Below are positions 8,769 to 16,112 of a stretch of 21,761 nt of DNA, piece by piece. A program made the position numbers and the translations under genes. The notes below the pieces were generated by a model. That model was not told the DNA's origin. It searched no databases and saw only the letters and a list, made by a program, of their open reading frames with translations. Numbering within the stretch: position 1 is the first letter of the stretch; each line of letters begins with the position of its first letter. Origin of the DNA: Vulcanimicrobiaceae bacterium (lineage in GTDB: Bacteria; Vulcanimicrobiota; Vulcanimicrobiia; Vulcanimicrobiales; Vulcanimicrobiaceae); assembly GCA_046262595.1 (NCBI GenBank), contig JBHEMM010000015.1, positions 22,271-44,031 of the forward strand, written 5' to 3'.

Positions 8769-9763
8769 CGAGCGCAAAATCGCAGATTCTCAACAACGTC
8801 GAAGCCGTGCGCGAGACGTTGTACGAAGCGATGAAGGCCGACGAACGGACCGTGATCTTAGGCGAAGACGTCGGCAACCGTGGCAACGTTTTTCTTATCA
8901 CGAAAGACTTCATCAAGGAGTTTGGGCCGCAGCGCGTGATCGACACGCCGATTGCGGAAGCCTCGATCGTCGGCATTGCGGTGGGGATGGCGATGGAAGG
9001 CCTCCGGCCGATTGCCGAAATACAATTTGCCGATTTCATCTATCCGGCGTTCAATCAAATCGTCGGTGAGGCCGCCAAGACGCGCTATCGCAGCAACGGT
9101 GAATACACCTGTCCGATGGTGATCCGCACGCCGTACGGCGGCGGCGTACGCGGCGCGCTCTCGCATTCGGTCTCCATCGAAGCGCTGTTCTATCACGTTC
9201 CCGGCTTAAAAATCGTCGCGCCCGCGTTTCCTTCCGACGTGAAGGGGCTGCTCAACGCCGCGATCGACGATCCCGATCCGGTGCTGTTCCTCGAGCACAA
9301 GAAAACGTACCGCCTGATCAAAGGTGAAGTGCCCGACGGCCATTACACGATTCCGATCGGCAAGGCGGACGTAAAGAAAGAAGGCACGCAGCTCACCGTG
9401 GTTTCGTACGGGCTGTACGTGCATTGGGCGCTTGAGGCCGCACACGCGCTCGAAGCCGAAGGCATGTCGGTTGAAGTGATCGACCTGCGCTCGATCCGTC
9501 CGATGGATAGACAAGCGATTCTGAAAAGCGTACGCAAGACGCGCAAGCTGCTTATCGTGCATGAAGACAACAAATTCGGCGGCGTCGGCGCGGAGATCAG
9601 CGCCATGGTCGCCGAAGAAGCGCTCTTCGATCTGGACGCGCCTATCCGCCGTCACGCGGCGCCCGACGTACCGGCCATGGGCTACGCGCAGCCGCTTGAG
9701 GAAGAGTATATGTCCTCGCCCAACGAGATGGCCGAAGCGATGCGTGAGATGGTGCGCTTCTGA
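8759..9763 (+). CDS. 2-oxoacid dehydrogenase E1 beta subunit
   Basis: Motifs LGEDVG, RVIDTPIAE, EIQFADF, HSVSIE, PGLKIV, FLEHKKTY, EVIDLRSIRP. GTG 8759 overlaps the alpha-2 stop (track start TTG 8750). Confidence 0.95.
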   Translation: MAVASAKSQILNNVEAVRETLYEAMKADERTVILGEDVGNRGNVFLITKDFIKEFGPQRVIDTPIAEASIVGIAVGMAMEGLRPIAEIQFADFIYPAFNQIVGEAAKTRYRSNGEYTCPMVIRTPYGGGVRGALSHSVSIEALFYHVPGLKIVAPAFPSDVKGLLNAAIDDPDPVLFLEHKKTYRLIKGEVPDGHYTIPIGKADVKKEGTQLTVVSYGLYVHWALEAAHALEAEGMSVEVIDLRSIRPMDRQAILKSVRKTRKLLIVHEDNKFGGVGAEISAMVAEEALFDLDAPIRRHAAPDVPAMGYAQPLEEEYMSSPNEMAEAMREMVRF

Positions 9764-11103
9764 TGGCGACCACGATCACCATGCCGCAGCTCGGTGAAAC
9801 CGTCACCGAAGGCACCGTCGAACGCTGGCTGAAAAGCCCCGGCGACACGGTCGAGAAGTACGAGGCCTTCGTCGAAGTTTCGACAGACAAAGTTAATTCG
9901 GAGGTTCCGGCGCCGGTGACCGGAACGATCCGCGAGATTCTTATCGCCGAAGGCACGACCGTTCCGACCGGCACGGCGATCGCCGTTATCGACGAAGTGG
10001 CCACCGAAAAACCGGCCGACTCCACGCAGCAGGTGCGCGACAAGCTGGCGGAAAGCGCGAACGACGAGCCGGTTCCGGGCTTCAACATTCCACAGACGCC
10101 CACGAAACACGTTGAGGCGCCCGCCGCCGCACCGGTGCATACCAACGGCAGCGGAGCGCAGCACGCCGTCAACGGCAACAGCATGGAAACCGCCTTGCGG
10201 GGCGTTTCGCCCGCAGTGCGCAAACTCGCGCGCGAACACCGCATCGACGTGCGCGCCATTCAAGGCAGCGGCGCCAACGGGCGCGTAACGGCCGGCGACG
10301 TCCTGGCCGCGGCACGAACGGCACCGGCAGCGCAACCCGCTTCCGGTCCAAAGCCGCCGGCCGCTGCGCCGCGTCCCGATGGAACGAGCACGTACGGCGA
10401 GCCCGTGCCCGGCACGCTCATTCCGCTCAGCTCGGCGCGCCGCATCATCGCCGAACGCATGGTCGAGAGCAAGCACACCGCGCCGCACGCCTGGTCCATG
10501 GTGGAAGTGGACGTGACGAACGTCTGGAAGTGGCGCGCGCGAGAGAAAGACCGCTTCGAACGCGAGACGGGCTACAAACTCACGCTTCTTCCGTTCTTCA
10601 TACGCGCGGTCGTCGAGTCGCTCTCGATATATCCGTTAATGAACGCGAAGTTCACCGCCGAAGGCATTCGCGTCGAGAAAGACGTGAACGTCGGCATCGC
10701 TATCGGTCTGGCCACGAACCTGATGGTTCCCGTCGTCAAAAACGCCGACAAACTTTCAATAAAGGGCATCGCGCTTGCATCGGGGGATCTGATCGATCGC
10801 GCCCGGCGCAGTAAACTGGGCGCCGACGATCTGCAAGGGGGCACGTTCACCGTCAACAACAACGGCGCGAACGGCTCCTATGCCTCCGCACCGATCATCA
10901 ACGGCGGACAAGCCGGGATCGTCACGATGGAGACCGTCGTGAAGAAGCCGGTCGTAACGGCTGACGACGCGATCGCGATCCGTCACATGATGAACGTGTG
11001 TCTCTCGCTCGATCACCGCGTCGTCGACGGCTATGTCGCGAGCGGTTTCCTTGCCGGCCTCAAAAAGCGTTTAGAGGCGATGGGACCGGCGGGCATACTC
11101 TAA
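9763..11103 (+). CDS. Dihydrolipoamide acyltransferase E2 (BkdB-like)
   Basis: Single lipoyl domain (MPQLGETVTEG...STDKV), E3-binding domain (SPAVRKLAREH..D...I.GSG..GRVT), GGTFTVNN and catalytic DHRVVDG. TGATG overlap with E1 beta. Confidence 0.95.
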   Translation: MATTITMPQLGETVTEGTVERWLKSPGDTVEKYEAFVEVSTDKVNSEVPAPVTGTIREILIAEGTTVPTGTAIAVIDEVATEKPADSTQQVRDKLAESANDEPVPGFNIPQTPTKHVEAPAAAPVHTNGSGAQHAVNGNSMETALRGVSPAVRKLAREHRIDVRAIQGSGANGRVTAGDVLAAARTAPAAQPASGPKPPAAAPRPDGTSTYGEPVPGTLIPLSSARRIIAERMVESKHTAPHAWSMVEVDVTNVWKWRAREKDRFERETGYKLTLLPFFIRAVVESLSIYPLMNAKFTAEGIRVEKDVNVGIAIGLATNLMVPVVKNADKLSIKGIALASGDLIDRARRSKLGADDLQGGTFTVNNNGANGSYASAPIINGGQAGIVTMETVVKKPVVTADDAIAIRHMMNVCLSLDHRVVDGYVASGFLAGLKKRLEAMGPAGIL

Positions 11104-11145
11104 CGCCGGCATGAGCGCCGGACGGAGTGCGTGCGCTTTTCATTC

Positions 11146-11334
11146 TTAGCGCAGCATCGGCGTCGACGCCTGACCGACGGCAAAATTCAGCGCGTACACG
11201 AATGCCCAGAAGGCCATGATGCCGCCGAGCAAGACGAGCGATTCCGCGCGCTCGCGAAGGCGCGCGCTGCGCCGCATGGGAAGGTCTTTTGCGACCGCGT
11301 CAAGCGTGACCAGTTTGGATTCGGGGTCCTTCAC
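11146..11334 (-). CDS. Small single-pass membrane hypothetical protein
   Basis: 62 aa with one hydrophobic helix (LVLLGGIMAFWAFVYALNFAV) after a basic stretch. Fills the gap between E2 and the GGDEF gene. Confidence 0.6.
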   Translation of the reverse strand: MKDPESKLVTLDAVAKDLPMRRSARLRERAESLVLLGGIMAFWAFVYALNFAVGQASTPMLR

Positions 11335-11343
11335 CGTTGAAGT

Positions 11344-11369
11344 ATTCCCTCGCCGGCCTCAGCCGAACC
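11344..11369 (-). promoter_or_regulatory. Candidate SigB/SigF-type promoter GGTT-N16-GGGAAT, 9 nt upstream of GTG 11334
   Basis: The minus strand reads GGTT cggctgaggccggcga GGGAAT acttcaacg GTG, resembling the GTTT-N15-17-GGGWAW consensus. Confidence 0.4.
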
Positions 11370-11955
11370 GTGATTCGTAGAGCGCGGCGTCCGCTCGCTC
11401 GATAACCGTCTGCGTGGTGTCGACGGGGAAGCTGAGCGTCATGCCGGTCTTCGCCGCGATTTCGGCATGCTCGAGAACGTGCTGCAGCCGCGCCACGATC
11501 GCTTGCGCCGAGGAGCGATCGACATCAACGAGCAGCAGCGCCAACTGGCGTTCGCCCGTGCGTCCCGAGAAATCGATCTGACGCGTTTGCGCGGCGGCAG
11601 CCGCAGCGGCGGTCTTCATCGACGCCGCGAAATCGGCCCCGTGCGGCTCGAGCTCGATGAGCACTAAGGCAAACGATTTGCGGCTGCGCGCGCCGCGCCC
11701 CACCTCCAAATCGAGCCGTTCTTCGAATGCCGCCCGGTTCGGCAGGCCGGTCAATGCGTCTGAACGGCCGAGCGCCCCGATTTCGCGGGCAAGCAAGAGC
11801 TTCTCACGCACCACGCCGGCAACGGCGCGCATGATCGCGGCCGGCTCATCATCATCTGCCGGTACGGCGCATGCTTTGAGCAGATTCTCGTCGAGTTCTT
11901 CGGGCGACGCCGCGCCGATCAAGGCGCGGATCGATGCGAGCAGCGAGGAGTTCAT
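11359..11955 (-). CDS. Degenerate GGDEF-domain protein
   Basis: Has DALTGLPNRAAF and ERADAALYES. The active site reads RTGERQL instead of RxGGDEF, while the RxxD I-site (RQID) is retained. Confidence 0.8.
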   Translation of the reverse strand: MNSSLLASIRALIGAASPEELDENLLKACAVPADDDEPAAIMRAVAGVVREKLLLAREIGALGRSDALTGLPNRAAFEERLDLEVGRGARSRKSFALVLIELEPHGADFAASMKTAAAAAAAQTRQIDFSGRTGERQLALLLVDVDRSSAQAIVARLQHVLEHAEIAAKTGMTLSFPVDTTQTVIERADAALYESRFG

Positions 11956-11983
11956 TGCGGTCGAACCTCGAACCGGGCACTGG

Positions 11984-12349
11984 GTGCAGATACGTAAGCA
12001 TTTCCGGTTCGAGGCGGCGCACGTTCTCCCTTACCATCTGGGCAAATGCGCGCGGCTGCACGGCCATTCGTACCGGCTGGAGGTCGCGGTCCGTGGTGCC
12101 CTGCAAGCCGCCGGGCCCGCAACCGGGATGATCGAGGACTTCGACATCGTGCGCGCACAGGTGCGCGAGGCGGTGCTCGACGCCCTCGATCACACCGCGC
12201 TGAACGACCTTATCGAGAACCCGACGTGCGAGCGGATCGCCCTCTGGATCTGGGAACGCCTGCGCACGCCGCTGACCGGACTGGACGAGATCGTGCTCTG
12301 GGAAACGGCCACGTCATGCGCCGTCTTGCGGCGGAGCGACTTTCCGTAA
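11984..12349 (+). CDS. queD: 6-carboxy-5,6,7,8-tetrahydropterin synthase
   Basis: From GTG 11984: FRFEAAHVLP, KCARLHGHSY, GMIEDF, LDHTALND..ENPTCE, LWET. Confidence 0.9.
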   Translation: MQIRKHFRFEAAHVLPYHLGKCARLHGHSYRLEVAVRGALQAAGPATGMIEDFDIVRAQVREAVLDALDHTALNDLIENPTCERIALWIWERLRTPLTGLDEIVLWETATSCAVLRRSDFP

Positions 12350-12353
12350 GACG

Positions 12354-12929
12354 GTGCTGCAGCTCGCGGAGATCTTCTACAGCATTCAAGGGGAAGGCAC
12401 TTTTGCCGGCACACCCGCCGTCTTCGTGCGGCTTGCAGGCTGCAATCTCTCGTGCCGCTTTTGCGACACGGACTACTCGCTCAAATTCCTGGCCTCTGCC
12501 GATCACGTGCTCGCGCGGGTAAATGAGGCCGGCGGCGGCTGCCCGATGGTGATCCTGACCGGCGGCGAACCGCTCGCGCAAACCCAAGTGCTGGAACTGA
12601 TCGATGTACTGCGCGCCGGGGGAAAACGCGTGCATATCGAGTCGAACGGAACGGTCTACGCCGATCTGCCCGCGGACGTTTGGCTGACCGTTTCGCCGAA
12701 AGAACGCGTCGACGCGCGCATGGCGGCACGCGCGAATGAGGTGAAACTCATCGTCGAGGAACGCGTCCCCGAACGCCATCTGCAGCTGTTCAACGATCAA
12801 CCGCAAATTTTTCTTCAGCCCGAAGGCAATAAACCGGGGAATGTTGCAGCCGCGCTCGCGTACGCAAAAGCGCATCCGCAGCGCTTCCGTCTCTCATTGC
12901 AAACGCACAAGTTCATCGGGGTCCCGTAG
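12354..12929 (+). CDS. queE: 7-carboxy-7-deazaguanine synthase (radical SAM)
   Basis: Motifs EIFYSIQGEG, FVRLAGCNLSCRFCDT (CxxxCxxC), LTGGEP, IESNGT, VSPK, LQPE, RLSLQTHK. Confidence 0.92.
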   Translation: MLQLAEIFYSIQGEGTFAGTPAVFVRLAGCNLSCRFCDTDYSLKFLASADHVLARVNEAGGGCPMVILTGGEPLAQTQVLELIDVLRAGGKRVHIESNGTVYADLPADVWLTVSPKERVDARMAARANEVKLIVEERVPERHLQLFNDQPQIFLQPEGNKPGNVAAALAYAKAHPQRFRLSLQTHKFIGVP

Positions 12930-12931
12930 CG

Positions 12932-13537
12932 GTGATTCTGATCGCGTGCGCGGTTGCCAAAGAGCTCGGTGCGCTGCGCCCCCGCCCGCACGTCGAAGTG
13001 CTCGCCACGGGCGTGGGGGTCGTGGAAGCCGCCGCGAGCGTATCGCGCGCGCTTGCGCAAAGCACCTACGACCTGGTGATTAGCGCCGGCATCGCGGGTG
13101 CGTTCGAGGGCGCCGCCGATGTGGGCGAGAGCGTCGTCGTCTCCGATGAAATGATGGAGTTCGACCGCGAGGACGGCACGCCGATCGCACTGCCTGACGG
13201 CGCGGCCGTCATCGATCGGGCTGCCTCCGATCTGACGCTGGTCGATCGCCTCGCCGAGCTGGGCTACCGCAGCGTGCGCGGCATCACCGTCGCGCGCGTC
13301 ACGGCGACCGGCGCATCGGCTGCGCGGCTGCGCGCGTTCGGCTGCGGCGTCGAAACGATGGAGGGCTACGGCGTGCTTCGCGCAGCGGAGATCGCAGGCG
13401 TTGCGGCAATCGAAGTTCGGGGAATATCCAATATCGTTTGCGACCGCGCTGCGAACCGCTGGAATTTCTCGGCGGGAGCGTCCGGCGCGGAAAAGGTTTT
13501 AAACGCTTTGCTCTCACTCGTTGCCGCGGATGGATAA
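12932..13537 (+). CDS. mqnB: Futalosine hydrolase
   Basis: Nucleosidase motifs TGVG, SAGIAGAF, ETMEG and EVRGISN.V.DR...W. Lies directly upstream of mqnD. Confidence 0.82.
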   Translation: MILIACAVAKELGALRPRPHVEVLATGVGVVEAAASVSRALAQSTYDLVISAGIAGAFEGAADVGESVVVSDEMMEFDREDGTPIALPDGAAVIDRAASDLTLVDRLAELGYRSVRGITVARVTATGASAARLRAFGCGVETMEGYGVLRAAEIAGVAAIEVRGISNIVCDRAANRWNFSAGASGAEKVLNALLSLVAADG

Positions 13538-14366
13538 ACCGCTCGCGCTCGCCTACTCGCCTTGCCCCAACGACACATTCATCTTCGCCGCCTGGACGAA
13601 CGGTTTGCTGCCCGATGCGCCGGCGGTGCGCGCCGTTTTGGAAGACGTCGAAAACCTCAATGCCTCGGCGATCAAAGCCGACTACGAACTCACCAAAGTC
13701 AGTTACGGCGCGATTCCGATGCTCACCGACAAGTACCGCATCTTACGCGCCGGCGGCGCACTTGGGCGCGGTTGCGGTCCCCTGCTGATCGCGCGGCCGG
13801 GCGCCGGCAAGAGTGCGGCGGACTTTCATGACAAGATGGTCGCCATTCCGGGCGAGATGACGACGGCATTCATGCTGCTTCGCTTGGCGATGGGCATCCG
13901 TCCGCAAACCGTCATGATGCGTTTCGACAAGATCGTCGAAGCGGTGGAAAGCGGCGTGGCCGACGCCGGCCTGATCATTCACGAGTCGCGTTTCACGTAC
14001 GAGCAGCATGGCCTGGTACCGGTTCTCGATTTGGGTGAGTGGTGGGAAAGCCAAACGGGCCTTCCGATACCGCTGGGGGCGATTCTTATCCGTAACGATC
14101 TCGACGACGATATGGCCGCGCGCGCGAACGATGCAATCCGCGCAAGTCTACGTTTCGCACAGGAGAACGAGGCGCAGATCATCGGGTACGTGCGCGAACA
14201 CGCGACCGAGATGGACGATGCCGTTATGCGCAAACACATCGGCCTGTACGTGACGCCGTTCAGCGAAGACCTCGGCGAGGAAGGAATGCGAGCCGTGCGC
14301 GAGCTTCTCAAACGCGCGCACGACGCAGGTTTTTTACCGGAGCCGCCCGAGGCGCGCTTTGTTTAG
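13530..14366 (+). CDS. mqnD: 1,4-dihydroxy-6-naphthoate synthase
   Basis: Motifs YSPCPNDTFIF, DVENLN, GGALGRGCGPLL, IIHESRFTY, DLGEWWE..TGLPIPLG, HIGLYV. Confidence 0.93.
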   Translation: MDKPLALAYSPCPNDTFIFAAWTNGLLPDAPAVRAVLEDVENLNASAIKADYELTKVSYGAIPMLTDKYRILRAGGALGRGCGPLLIARPGAGKSAADFHDKMVAIPGEMTTAFMLLRLAMGIRPQTVMMRFDKIVEAVESGVADAGLIIHESRFTYEQHGLVPVLDLGEWWESQTGLPIPLGAILIRNDLDDDMAARANDAIRASLRFAQENEAQIIGYVREHATEMDDAVMRKHIGLYVTPFSEDLGEEGMRAVRELLKRAHDAGFLPEPPEARFV

Positions 14367-15552
14367 CGCCATCGTTTTTTCGGTGCTGGCGGCGCTTCTG
14401 CCGCCGGCTCACGTAACGCTGGGCGATGAAGTGTTCCTGCAATCCGCCTGGCACGATCTGCATGGACGCTGCGTCGGCGTCGTGACCAACCAAACGGGCG
14501 TGACGTCGCGCTTAGAGAGTATCGTCGACGCGATGCGCGCCAACCCGAAGATTTGCCTGCGGGCTATCTATTCGCCCGAACACGGCTTGCGCGGCGATCG
14601 TCCTGCTGGAGCGTACGTTTCTTCCTACACCGATGCGCGCACGGGTCTGCCGGTGTTCAGTTTATACGGACCGCAGCGTCATCCGACCGCACAAATGCTC
14701 TCGGGCGTTGACGTGCTGCTTTTCGACATCCAAGACGTCGGCGCGCGTCCGTACACCTACATCTCAACGATGGCGTACGCCATGCAAGCGGCAAAACAAT
14801 TCGGCAAAGAGATTTGGGTGCTCGACCGCCCGAATCCGATCGGCGGAACGATGGTGGAAGGCCCGGTGCTGGACGCGCGCTACAAGTCTTTCATCGGGCT
14901 GTATCCGATTGCGATGCGTCATGGAATGACCGCGGGCGAGCTCGCGCGCCTCTTCAATGTGCAGTTTGGGATCGGAGCGCGCCTGCGCGTTATTGCAATG
15001 AAGGGCTGGCACCGCTCGATGCTCTGGCCCGATACGGGCCTTCAATGGGTACAAGCGTCGCCCAATATGCCGGAGTGGACGACAGCCGTGGTTTACCCGT
15101 GCAGCGGCCTCATCGACAATGCCGGCCTAAACGCCGGCATTGGCACCACAAAGCCCTTCAAATACGCCGGCGCAAGCGGCCTCGACGCCGTTTCCTATGC
15201 GCGCGCGCTCAACGCGCGCGGCATACCGGGCGTGTATTTCCGCGCGGCGTACTGGTCGCCAATCCTCGGCGCGCAAAGCACGCCGCCGGAGTACGGCGGT
15301 GTCGAGCTCGACGTGTTCGATCCGCACGTCTTTCCGGCAGTGCGCACAGCCGTTGAATTATTGACCGCCGCGCGCGATCTCGCACCGGGAGATATCGCCG
15401 TGCGCGATAAACAATTGGCAACCGATTGGGGCACCGGAACGCTCGCAGCCGGCTTGGAATCGGGTCTTTCTGCGCAAGCTATCGTCGCGCGCTGGCAGCC
15501 GGGCCTTGCGCGCTTCATGCAGACGCGCAAAAAGTTTTTGCTCTACCGCTAA
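14359..15552 (+). CDS. namZ: Exo-beta-N-acetylmuramidase NamZ family (DUF1343) protein with a signal-like N-terminus
   Basis: Motifs GVVTNQTG, SPEHGLRG, SLYG, FDIQDVGAR.YTYISTM, VLDRPNPIGG, RHGMTAGELA, SPNMP. Confidence 0.88.
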   Translation: MFSAIVFSVLAALLPPAHVTLGDEVFLQSAWHDLHGRCVGVVTNQTGVTSRLESIVDAMRANPKICLRAIYSPEHGLRGDRPAGAYVSSYTDARTGLPVFSLYGPQRHPTAQMLSGVDVLLFDIQDVGARPYTYISTMAYAMQAAKQFGKEIWVLDRPNPIGGTMVEGPVLDARYKSFIGLYPIAMRHGMTAGELARLFNVQFGIGARLRVIAMKGWHRSMLWPDTGLQWVQASPNMPEWTTAVVYPCSGLIDNAGLNAGIGTTKPFKYAGASGLDAVSYARALNARGIPGVYFRAAYWSPILGAQSTPPEYGGVELDVFDPHVFPAVRTAVELLTAARDLAPGDIAVRDKQLATDWGTGTLAAGLESGLSAQAIVARWQPGLARFMQTRKKFLLYR

Positions 15553-16058
15553 TCCAGGCCGCTGCGCCGCACGCGCAAATAGTTCAGCTGCCACAGATGA
15601 ATGAACCGCTGCAGCTCTTCCTCGGATTTCTGCTCAAGATCAATGAATGCCATGCCGTGAGCGAACTTGCGCGAAGCCATCGCAAAAAACGTCGCAAGCA
15701 CTTTGCCGCGCACGATCATCGGCGCGAAACCGGGCGGATGCATTTTGATCGTCTCCGGCCGTAAGCCGAACGGACTTTGCTCGTACATCTCCTTTTCGAC
15801 GCTCATGTTTTCCAGAAAATCGTCGGGCAGCTGGAAGTCCAGCGTGAGCACCGAGCCTTTGAGGAAATCCTCATCGCTGCAGAGGCGCAGGCCGCCGGCG
15901 CTCAGGTCGTTCGCTTTGGCGTTGCGCCTGCCGCGGCGCCCGTCGAGCGTGTACCGCACGTCGAATTCGACCGGCATACGAAACGCCGAACGTTTTTGGT
16001 TGCTCGCTGCCGCCTTGATCGGCGGTTTTTCGGCTTTCTTTTTCTTAAAAAAGAACAC
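15549..16058 (-). CDS. PilZ-domain c-di-GMP binding protein (alternative start GTG 16082)
   Basis: RxxxR (RSAFR) and DxSxGG (DLSAGG), C-terminal GMAF.DL....EEELQRFI. Confidence 0.82.
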   Translation of the reverse strand: MFFFKKKKAEKPPIKAAASNQKRSAFRMPVEFDVRYTLDGRRGRRNAKANDLSAGGLRLCSDEDFLKGSVLTLDFQLPDDFLENMSVEKEMYEQSPFGLRPETIKMHPPGFAPMIVRGKVLATFFAMASRKFAHGMAFIDLEQKSEEELQRFIHLWQLNYLRVRRSGLD

Positions 16059-16112
16059 GCTGGTTGAGCCCCTTACAGGCACGGCGTACAGTTCCTTCTA
16101 ACTGTTCCAAGC

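Noticed and set aside
11106..11121. CCGGC-N6-GCCGG hairpin after E2 as a terminator
   Set aside because: The stem is only 5 bp and there is no adjacent U-tract on either strand.
11984..12929. queD/queE as part of a Dpd-type DNA deazapurine modification or defence system
   Set aside because: No dpdA/tgt-like or queC-like gene and no island features are present; the context is housekeeping.
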